This document shows, piece after piece, positions 1 to 8,355 of a stretch of 64,000 bases of DNA (position 1 is the first letter of the stretch; each line of letters opens with the position of its first letter). The position numbers and the translations under genes are program-made. The notes beneath the pieces were generated by a model that saw only the letters and a list, made by a program, of their open reading frames with translations, was not told the origin of the DNA and searched no databases. This DNA comes from Truepera sp. Its GTDB lineage: Bacteria; Deinococcota; Deinococci; Deinococcales; Trueperaceae. The DNA is taken from assembly GCA_965218435.1 (NCBI GenBank), contig CBDCKW010000005.1:320001-384000 (forward strand), read 5' to 3'.

Positions 1-502
1 GGTAAGCATCTGGGACACCTTCTGGGCGGTGATCTTGCCGGGGGTATTCGGTGCGTTCAACTACCTGCTCTTCAAGGGCTTTTTCGACACCATTCCCGAT
101 TCGGTCATTCAGGCGGCCCGGGTTGACGGCGGCAGCGAACTGAACATCTTCAGGCGGATCGTGTTGCCGATGAGCGTGCCGGTCTACGCCGTCGCTGCCT
201 GGGGCCAATTCAGCGGCGTCTGGGACTCCTTTCTGTGGCCAATTCTGGTGTTACAGAGCCCGGAAAAGATTCCGACTTCAATCGCCATCTACGGGCTGAT
301 GGAGCGCCTCACCCTGTCAGGGGCGACGAACGCCGGCCAAGCTTTGGGTCAGTCACAGGCGATGGAGGAGCTTCTCGCCGCCGGGCTGTCATGGAACGGG
401 CTGATGGTGCTGGGGATTTTGCAAACGCTGCCAATATTTATCATGTTCATCGTCTGCCGTGAATACTTACTCAGGGGCATTCGCATCCGGGGGCTTAAAT
501 AA
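1..502 (+). CDS. Carbohydrate ABC transporter permease (MalG-type), 5' end outside window
   Basis: EAA-loop-like IQAARVDGGSELNIFRRIVLP; W-D-SFLWP; the frame is open back to position 2. Confidence 0.9.
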   Translation, partial: VSIWDTFWAVILPGVFGAFNYLLFKGFFDTIPDSVIQAARVDGGSELNIFRRIVLPMSVPVYAVAAWGQFSGVWDSFLWPILVLQSPEKIPTSIAIYGLMERLTLSGATNAGQALGQSQAMEELLAAGLSWNGLMVLGILQTLPIFIMFIVCREYLLRGIRIRGLK

Positions 503-1620
503 TGGCTGAGATCGAACTCAGAAACGTGACTAAATACTACGACGACCCCGACTCGGCCTCGTTCGTCGGCGACAAGAGACCGGCGCTGGGGCGTGTCAGC
601 TTGACGATCCGGGAGGGCGAGACGCTCAGCGTGGTGGGGCCGTCGGGCTGCGGCAAGAGCACGCTCTTAAAGGTGGTGGCGGGGCTCGAGTTTCCCGACC
701 GGGGCCAAGTGCTTTACGACGGACATGACTTTACCGACATTAGACCGAGAGACCGGGGGGTGGGGATGGTCTTTCAGGACTACGCCCTCTACCCGACCAA
801 AAAGGGCGAGGGTAACCTCAAGTACTTTTTCGAGGTTCATGAGCGCAGCGAGGGCGAGATGCTACAAAAGGTCAAGGAGACCGCCGAACTGATGGGTGTC
901 GGCTTTGAGCTGCTCCTCGGGCGGATTCCCGATACCCTCTCGGGCGGCGAAAAGCAGCGCGTCGCCATCGCGCGGTGCATCGTGCGCGACCCAAGCCTGT
1001 TCCTAATGGATGAGCCCATCTGCAACTTAGACGCCAAGCTGCGTGAACGCACCCGCGTCGAGATCAAAAAGCTGTTGCGCAAGTTTGCCGTCACTACGGT
1101 CTATATCACCCACGATCAGCAGGAGGCCGTGTTTATGGGCGACCGCATCGCGGTCATGCGCCAGGGCGCGCTAGAACAACTCGGCACCTACGACGACCTC
1201 TACTACGGACCGGTCAACGCTTTCGTAGCGACCTTCATCGGCGCGCCCGCCATGAGTTTGCTGCCCGCCACCGTCGAACGCGGCTCTTTACGCGTGGGCG
1301 AAGCACGGTGGGCACTGCCCCTAGAGCTTGCCGGGGTGCTGCCCGAAGGGTCGGTGCAGCTCGGGGTACGTCCCGAAGGGTGGCGGCTAGAGGCCGAGGG
1401 AGGTGCGCCGCTCGAGGTTCGTCACGTCGAGCGTCTCCCTACCGAAGGCTCGAGCTTCGTCAGCGGGACGCTGCTGGGGCAGCGAGTCACGGTACTGGCC
1501 CCGCTCGACACTCCTGAGCAGGCGAGCCTGCCGCTCCTACCGGACTGGGAACAGGCGTACTTCTTCTCGCCGGACGACGGGCGCGCGGTGCACACCCCGC
1601 AACCGCTCGAGCTTTTTTAG
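502..1620 (+). CDS. Sugar ABC transporter ATP-binding protein (MalK/MsmX-like)
   Basis: Walker A GPSGCGKS, signature LSGGEKQR, Walker B FLMDEP, H-loop THDQ. Confidence 0.93.
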   Translation: MAEIELRNVTKYYDDPDSASFVGDKRPALGRVSLTIREGETLSVVGPSGCGKSTLLKVVAGLEFPDRGQVLYDGHDFTDIRPRDRGVGMVFQDYALYPTKKGEGNLKYFFEVHERSEGEMLQKVKETAELMGVGFELLLGRIPDTLSGGEKQRVAIARCIVRDPSLFLMDEPICNLDAKLRERTRVEIKKLLRKFAVTTVYITHDQQEAVFMGDRIAVMRQGALEQLGTYDDLYYGPVNAFVATFIGAPAMSLLPATVERGSLRVGEARWALPLELAGVLPEGSVQLGVRPEGWRLEAEGGAPLEVRHVERLPTEGSSFVSGTLLGQRVTVLAPLDTPEQASLPLLPDWEQAYFFSPDDGRAVHTPQPLELF

Positions 1621-1629
1621 GGGGTTGGA

Positions 1630-2751
1630 GTGAGCGCCCTAACAGTTCGAAACCTCAGCAAACGCTTTGACGAGAAGGCGGCGGTTGACGGAGTCAGCTT
1701 TACGCTTGACGACGGAGAATTTTTGGCTGTCGTGGGACCATCCGGCTGCGGCAAGACCACCACCTTACGGATGCTCGTGGGGCTCGAGACCATCACCGGC
1801 GGTGAAGTACGCTTCGGCGAGCGGCGCGTCAACGACGTTCGCCCCCGCGACCGCAACGTGGCGATGGTTTTTCAAGACTATGCCATTTTCCCGCACCTGA
1901 CGGTCTATGACAACATCGCCTACGGGCTGCGCTCGCGGGGTGCGCCGCGCTCGCTCGTGCAGGAGCGTGTACCGAGAGCGGCGGCAGCGTTTCGCATTGA
2001 AGGGCTTCTCAAACGCAAACCCCGGCAGCTCTCGGGCGGCGAGCGCCAGCGCGTTGCGCTCTCGCGGGCGATGGTCCGGGACGCCGAGGTTTACCTCTAC
2101 GACGAACCCTTGTCGAATTTAGACGCGCAGCTCCGGCACGGCGCGCGCGAGGACATCCTCACGCTGCACCGGGAGAAGGGCAAACCGACCGTTTACGTCA
2201 CTCACGATCAGTCCGAGGCAATGGCTCTAGGCGACCGCATCGCGGTGATGCGCGCCGGAAGGCTCGAGCAGCTCGGCAGTGGCGCGGAGCTGTACGAGCG
2301 CCCGCAAAACCTGTTCGTGGCTCACTTTATCGGCACCCCCTCGATGAACGTGTTCGACGTGCGGTTGGAGAGCGAGGCGGGCGCTCTCTACGCTCGTGGC
2401 GAAGCGTTCTCCCTGCGCCTGCCTCCTGAGATTGCCGACAAAGTAGCCTCGTACCGGGGCCGGACGGTCAAGCTCGGGGTGCGCCCGGAGGCGTTCGCGG
2501 TACCGAAGATGGCAACGTTCGAGGTAGACGAGGGCAACACGGTGGGAGGGCTCGTCGAGGTCATCGAACCCTCGGCGGGGGGCTGCACGGTTTATTTGAG
2601 TACTGTAGGGGAGACGCCCAAAGATTTCGTCGCCACCCTCAAGGTGCGCTTGCCGAGCCGCTACCTTGGGCAGGAGGTGCCGCTGGCGGTCAACCCCAAA
2701 CGGCTGCACCTGTTCGACCCCGAGACGGAGCGTTCACTGCTCTATGGTTGA
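1630..2751 (+). CDS. Sugar ABC transporter ATP-binding protein (MalK-like)
   Basis: GPSGCGKT, LSGGERQR, YLYDEPLSNLD, THDQ, C-terminal TOBE-like region. Confidence 0.95.
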   Translation: MSALTVRNLSKRFDEKAAVDGVSFTLDDGEFLAVVGPSGCGKTTTLRMLVGLETITGGEVRFGERRVNDVRPRDRNVAMVFQDYAIFPHLTVYDNIAYGLRSRGAPRSLVQERVPRAAAAFRIEGLLKRKPRQLSGGERQRVALSRAMVRDAEVYLYDEPLSNLDAQLRHGAREDILTLHREKGKPTVYVTHDQSEAMALGDRIAVMRAGRLEQLGSGAELYERPQNLFVAHFIGTPSMNVFDVRLESEAGALYARGEAFSLRLPPEIADKVASYRGRTVKLGVRPEAFAVPKMATFEVDEGNTVGGLVEVIEPSAGGCTVYLSTVGETPKDFVATLKVRLPSRYLGQEVPLAVNPKRLHLFDPETERSLLYG

Positions 2752-3418
2752 CCGTGTAAGGGAGGCCCCGAGCGACCAGACCGGCTTTTTCTGGGGTGCG
2801 TTCAGCGACCTGCGCGAGAGCCTCGAGCGCCTGGTACTGCTCAATTTGGTCTGGTCGTCCCAACTCGTGCCGGGCCTTTTAGGGTTAGCCTTTCAGGAGT
2901 GGCCGCTGGCGCTGCGGGGCGTGCTGGTATTTTACAGCGCGGTCGTGGCCGTCCCGGCGACGCTGGTCGTCTACGCCCTCGTTGCAGGGCTGCTCGAGGG
3001 CGACGACATCCGTTACGAGACGGTTCGGGACGCCTTCGCCCGCACCAGCCGCGCGAGCTTCCAGAGCCTGGCTCCGCTCCTGTTGGGGTCAGCCGCCGTC
3101 GTCTGGCTGGCGCTGCAGCCGCTACCCTACGCTGCCGCAGTCGGGGTGCGGCTCCTGCTCCTGCTCACCCTCATGACGGCGCTCTACTGGGGGCCGCTCT
3201 TGGCTGCCGACCCACGCCTGTCGCCACCTGCGCTCGTGCGCGCCTCGAGCCGCCTGGTCCTAGCTTATCCCTGGCTGAGCCTGCAACTGGCCGCCGCCAC
3301 GCTGCTGGGTGTCGTTGTGGCGGTCATCTCCGTCGGAGGATTTTTTCTCGTGTCCATAACGCTGCTGGCGCTCTTTCAGACGCGCGCGTGGCGCGACCTG
3401 GAGGAGAAGCGTGGCTGA
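2744..3418 (+). CDS. Integral membrane protein associated with sugar ABC operons (YesL/DUF624-like)
   Basis: Several hydrophobic helices; ATG at 2744 overlaps the upstream gene's end; stop overlaps the next start. Confidence 0.65.
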   Translation: MVDRVREAPSDQTGFFWGAFSDLRESLERLVLLNLVWSSQLVPGLLGLAFQEWPLALRGVLVFYSAVVAVPATLVVYALVAGLLEGDDIRYETVRDAFARTSRASFQSLAPLLLGSAAVVWLALQPLPYAAAVGVRLLLLLTLMTALYWGPLLAADPRLSPPALVRASSRLVLAYPWLSLQLAAATLLGVVVAVISVGGFFLVSITLLALFQTRAWRDLEEKRG

Positions 3419-4508
3419 ACTGCGGGTGCACGACGTTTCCAAACGCTTGGGCGGTTATCTGGCTGTCGATGGTGTCTCGTTTACGGTGCGGGAGGGAGAG
3501 TTCTTCGTCTTACTGGGGCCGTCCGGCGGGGGCAAGAGCACTGTGCTGCGCCTTATCTGTGGGCTCGAGCAGCCCGACTCGGGCACCATCACGCTGGCTG
3601 AACGCGACGTCACGGCGCTCCCGCCGCGGCAGCGCAACCTCGGCATGGTTTTTCAGGATTACGGGCTTTACCCCAACATGGACGTTTTCGACAACATCGC
3701 TTACGGCTTGCAAGCTCGGGGTCTGGCGCGAGCTGAGGTCGAGCGCCGCGTGGGTGAAGCCGCGCAGAACTTAGGTTTGGGCGAGATGCTGCGGCGTTCG
3801 GTCGTTGACCTTTCCGGCGGCGAACAGCAGCGCGTCGCGCTCTCACGGGCGCTGGCTAAAGACGCGGACGCCTACCTCTACGACGAGCCCTTATCGAATT
3901 TGGACCCCAAACTCCGCTTCAAGGCGCGTCACGACATCATCAAGGTCCACCGCGCCAAGCGGCGTCCGAGCGTGTACGTCACCCACGACCAGGACGAAGC
4001 CTTTGCGATGGGCGACCGCATCGCGGTGATGGGGCCGGGAGGCCGCTTGCAGCAGGTCGGCAGCGGCGACGACCTGCTGGAGCGGCCGGCCAACCTGTTT
4101 GTGGCGGGATTTATCGGCAACCCACCCATGAACCTGCTGGAAGGGCGGCTCGAGCCGGGTCAGCGTGCGCGGGTCGTAGGCGAGGGATTCGAGCTTGAAG
4201 TTCCTCCACGTCTTGCGAGGGCGGTAGCGGCTCTGTCGGCGGAAAAGCTCGTCGTTGGCATTCGTCCCGACGGGCTGACGCCGGCTACAGGTCCAGGCGG
4301 CGTCAAGGGATATGTAAGCAAAGTCGAACCACTTATCGGCGAAACCGAGGTTGTGCTTATGTTGCCCTTAGGCAAACGGGTGTTGGTTCTTTTGCCTGAG
4401 CAGCTCGAGCCGCCGAAGACGGGTGATCTGTTGCGCGTGAGCGCCGATCCTACACGCCTCAGTCTCTTCGAGGTACAGCAGGGTCAGGCTCTATATACAC
4501 CGCCATGA
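3411..4508 (+). CDS. Third sugar ABC ATP-binding protein
   Basis: GPSGGGKS, LSGGEQQR, YLYDEPLSNLD, THDQ. Confidence 0.93.
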   Translation: MAELRVHDVSKRLGGYLAVDGVSFTVREGEFFVLLGPSGGGKSTVLRLICGLEQPDSGTITLAERDVTALPPRQRNLGMVFQDYGLYPNMDVFDNIAYGLQARGLARAEVERRVGEAAQNLGLGEMLRRSVVDLSGGEQQRVALSRALAKDADAYLYDEPLSNLDPKLRFKARHDIIKVHRAKRRPSVYVTHDQDEAFAMGDRIAVMGPGGRLQQVGSGDDLLERPANLFVAGFIGNPPMNLLEGRLEPGQRARVVGEGFELEVPPRLARAVAALSAEKLVVGIRPDGLTPATGPGGVKGYVSKVEPLIGETEVVLMLPLGKRVLVLLPEQLEPPKTGDLLRVSADPTRLSLFEVQQGQALYTPP

Positions 4509-4540
4509 ACACGTAGAGAGTGGAGTTACCCCGATTTAGT

Positions 4541-6289
4541 GGCTCTCCCGCATTAAGCGTGGTCAAGCTGCCAAGAATGTGCGCTGTCTAAGAAGGTCGA
4601 AGTTCGCGCGACCGTACATCATGCGCTTGATGAATTTGAGGCGCGTGACCTGCCCTTCGGTTTGGGCATTGCTCCAAGGTAGCGCCAGCGCCGAACGCAC
4701 CGCTCGATAGTCTTGTCGGATTCCTGCGGCAAAGGTGCGTAGGGCGTTCACGCTGCTCTCTGCGCACGCCTCGAGCCAAGGATCGAGTACCTCGGGTTGC
4801 TTGTGCCGCACCATGTCTACAAACGTTCTGATTGCCTTGTAAACGTGAGCTACCTCTGTGTCTTGGAGTGCGCGAGCAAGTGTTGGTGCATCGCTCCCCT
4901 GCAATGCAGAAGGGTCTTTGACGAAAAGCCAGGCGAGCTGTTTACTTGACGGAAGCTTAGAGGTGGCTCCGTCAGTGTTTACAACAGCCGTTCTCTTTTC
5001 CGCTCTTATCCCCTCCAAATATCGTCCCGGCGTAGTGGGAGCGGGCGTTAGCCGCTTGTCGCGCATCCACTTCAACACCTGCCGCTTCGAGCCAGAGAAG
5101 CCCTGCTGCCGTATTTCGCGCCAAAGCTGGGAGGCGTTTTCACAGCCCGCTTGGTGACGCATGTTCAGATAACTCAGGTAGGGGTCGAGGATGCTGGGAC
5201 CCGGTTGTCTTAGGTGTTCGGGGAAGTCTTCGGAATAGGCGTAGTTTCGCACCGTTTTGATGTCCATAGAAACCCCTCGACTGATAACCGAAAGATTTTT
5301 TCCCTCGTCATAGTGCCGTTTCACCTCTTGATAACGCGCTAAGCGCCTTTTTCGATTCTCCCGGCTAGCTACGGCCTCAGCTCTAGTACGCCGGTAGGCA
5401 CGTGTGCGCCGTGACGCAACGTTTTCTAAAGCAACAGTGGGGCATTTGGGAGTTGCTTGAGCCGTTCGTAAACGCTGGGGAGATAACGTTCCAGCATCTG
5501 TCGCACGTTGAGAAGCAAGTGCCAACGATCTGCCACTTGCTCAGCTTGGGGCGCTCCTTCGCCTGCGGCTTTGGCATACTCGGCGGAGCGGTCGCGCGCG
5601 AGAATCTCGACGCCGGGATGGTCACGAAGCCAGGCTGAGACCGTTTCGCTCGTTCTGTCAGGTAAAAGGTCAACGACTTTGTGTTTTTCCAAATCCACCA
5701 GAATCGTGCCATACGTGCGCCCCTTACGCATGGCCCAGTCGTCTACGCCGAGCACACGGGGCGTCGCTGCAGCTACAACCGGGTTTTTGCGAACCAGGCG
5801 CAGCACGGTGTCTGGGCTTAAAGGCATGGCTAAACGTGACAACAACCGTGCGCCAGCCTCACCGCCCAGCGCGACCCCGACGGAACGCTGCGCCTCCAAA
5901 AGCCGGTAGGTGCGCCGGGCACGACAATCGAGAAGGTCAGGGAACTGCTCGGTGAACGTCCGCTTTTCACAGGCGGAGTTATGGCAGTAAAAGCGTCTGA
6001 CGCTCAGCTGGAGCTGGACAAGGTACCCGCCCAAAGGCAGATCGGCGGGAGCGCGAAGGCAGAAACTATGGACGCGGCAACTTAGCTGCTGACAGTTTAC
6101 ACAGGCGGCGTGCTTCCCTTTTTTACGGGCCTGGATAACGAGCGTTTGCTGCGTTAATTCGTATCGTTCAGTGATGCAGTTCGGTAAAGGTAAAAGAGGC
6201 TTCACCGCCCATCTTGTACCGACGGATTGCCCAGTAGCAAGCGTGTTTAGACAAAAACTCTATCCGACCACGCTTAATGCGGGAGAGCC
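4541..6289 (-). mobile_element. ISL3-family insertion sequence
   Basis: Perfect 24-bp terminal IRs GGCTCTCCCGCATTAAGCGTGGTC (4541-4564 / 6266-6289); 8-bp target duplication GATTTAGT (4533-4540 / 6290-6297). Confidence 0.96.
4563..6205 (-). pseudogene. ISL3 transposase, frameshifted near 5430-5460
   Basis: N-half has a zinc finger, VLGVDDWA and ADRWH; C-half has WSNAQTEGQVTRLKFIKRMMYGRANFDLL; the halves are in different frames. Confidence 0.88.
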
Positions 6290-6529
6290 GATTTAGTGGA
6301 TACCGGCGCGCTTGACGTAGCGTGAGGAAGACTAACAGCTTTATGCTTGATGAGGAGCAAGGACTTTAGTCTAAGCTGAACCTATGCACTTTGAGTACAT
6401 AGTCGTTTAGTTCTTTAGCAGGTCAGTATCAATCCTGCTCGCTTGCGACAAAGCTTCAACCGGTGAGGTTATTCTCACCATAGCCGTACCCGGTAGCCCA
6501 CAGCGGTTCGTCTTGCGCTACCGTTTTAG

Positions 6530-6710
6530 TTATAACTCAGTCTACCGGTAAACGGATGGTCCCCGAACAGCACGTCGGCGATTCCTGCCCCTTCGCTACC
6601 GGGCAACTAGGCAGCGACGAACGCGTCCCAGCTCTCCAACTCCTCGGTGATAATTAGGGGCCGACCTGAGAGGAGGATGACGAGCAGCTTGTTGCAGTGC
6701 TTACGGGTTC
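6530..6710 (-). pseudogene. GH3 beta-glucosidase C-terminal domain fragment
   Basis: Manual translation [49 protein letters not shown]: typical GH3-C motif with Trp replaced by TAG. Confidence 0.8.
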
Positions 6711-6938
6711 GGCGGATAAGCCCTAGGCCTCACTTAAATGCAGGTCGCTGCGGTCGAGAGGCGCATTATCGGCATTCTCGCCGACCGCGTAGAGACCGCG
6801 GCTCCCTTCCTGGTAGGGCACATCCTGTCAGGACCACAGCACGGGCGGCGTCGTACAACTAGACGAGAAAAGGTTACCGAGGTTGCCGAGTTCTTGCTGA
6901 AGTCGTGTTTGGGAGGCTGAAGCGGCTAGCGGACGCCA

Positions 6939-7976
6939 CTAGCGTTTCGGATGCGTTGCGAAGAACTCCCAGATCAGTTGGGACGCGTCGATCTCCTGAG
7001 TCGCGGTCTCATCGTCACTTCCGGGCCAGCTATGGGTACCGCCGGTGATCGTGTAGAGCGTTACCTCGGTGTCAGCGCCGCAACCTGTATAGCTGAATTT
7101 TGCCACGTTCTCGCTTACCTGCTGCTCGGCGGGACCGCTGCGGCAGCCGTTTAGTCTCGCCCATGTCTGCGCCGCGAGCGGCACGGTGTAACCCCATCTT
7201 GGGTCGTCGCTGCCCTCGTAGGGGTTGGTGGTGTCGGCGTCGCCGTGGAAGGTAATCACGGGTACCGGTCGCCGTGGCCGACAGCTTTGCACCTCGGGAA
7301 CGTTCGGGTCCGCCAGCGAAGGACGCCCGGCGCGCAGTCCTGAAACGGGCGCGACCGCTGCGATCTTCCCAGGCACCGCGCAGGCGAAGGCCGACGCCAT
7401 CCTTCCTCCGCCCGAATGACCCGTCATGTAGACGCGCCTATCGTCGACGCAGCTGCGGGCGCTGACCTCGTCAATGACCTTTGAAAGGTAAGCAACGTCG
7501 TCGCGTGCATCGGGCGGCGGGTAGGCACCCGCCGTCGTGGGTACACCGGGCACGTTCCAGAGCCAGATGCGGTCCGGGTTCGGCGTCGCTGCCGGGATGT
7601 CGCCGTTCGGCGCGACCACGATAAACCTCTCCGCGTCGGCGACCGGGTCGAGGTTGCTGTATTCGGATTGCGTCTCGGCGTTGCCGTTGCTAAAGTGCAG
7701 ATTGACAACCAGCGGCACCCTCTCCCGGGCGTTCAAACCGTCCGGTACATGCACGCGTACAGGGTACTGGGCACCCTGAAACCGCACCTGAATTGTCTGC
7801 GTTCCGGGCGCTAGGGTGCGGTTGCAGGAGCGTCCGGGGTTGCTCGCTGTTTCGGGAGCTGTGCTGCCAAGTGCGCCGGGTGTCGGAGGTGCGTTTGTCC
7901 CGGTTGCTACTGCGGTGACCAGGCCGAGCGCGCCGAACAAAACACAAAGACGTGCGGTAAATGACGAAATAGGCAT
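6939..7976 (-). CDS. Secreted alpha/beta-hydrolase esterase (PHB depolymerase/LpqP-like)
   Basis: Signal peptide; GHSGGG nucleophile elbow; FHGDAD; GGTHSWPG. Confidence 0.85.
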   Translation of the reverse strand: MPISSFTARLCVLFGALGLVTAVATGTNAPPTPGALGSTAPETASNPGRSCNRTLAPGTQTIQVRFQGAQYPVRVHVPDGLNARERVPLVVNLHFSNGNAETQSEYSNLDPVADAERFIVVAPNGDIPAATPNPDRIWLWNVPGVPTTAGAYPPPDARDDVAYLSKVIDEVSARSCVDDRRVYMTGHSGGGRMASAFACAVPGKIAAVAPVSGLRAGRPSLADPNVPEVQSCRPRRPVPVITFHGDADTTNPYEGSDDPRWGYTVPLAAQTWARLNGCRSGPAEQQVSENVAKFSYTGCGADTEVTLYTITGGTHSWPGSDDETATQEIDASQLIWEFFATHPKR

Positions 7977-8355
7977 AAGCGACTCCTTTGTCGGCGGGTG
8001 GGCAAGCCACGAAGAGATTGGCCGCCCGCTACTTCACGTAGTGTCACAGTGTTCCCTGAGCTAAGTTCAGAGCTTAAATAAGAACCGTTAGCTGAGCCAA
8101 ATTGGGAAGCAAGGGTATCGAGAGCTTCTTGGGCTGTTGGGTGTAGGCGATGCGTCCAACTAGTAGGCCGACGGTGAAGTTAGCCAAGCTATGGTAGCGG
8201 GTGTGCTCGATAGTCGTTTGTGTATATCCTTTCGTAAATACCAAATGAGATGTTTAGTGCCAAGGTGCTCGAGAACAGTAACGTTGCTTGTCCCGCTATG
8301 AGAGCGAGCTTGCCGGGAATCAAGGCGGTTGCCCGCTACGCATCGTCACGTCCCT

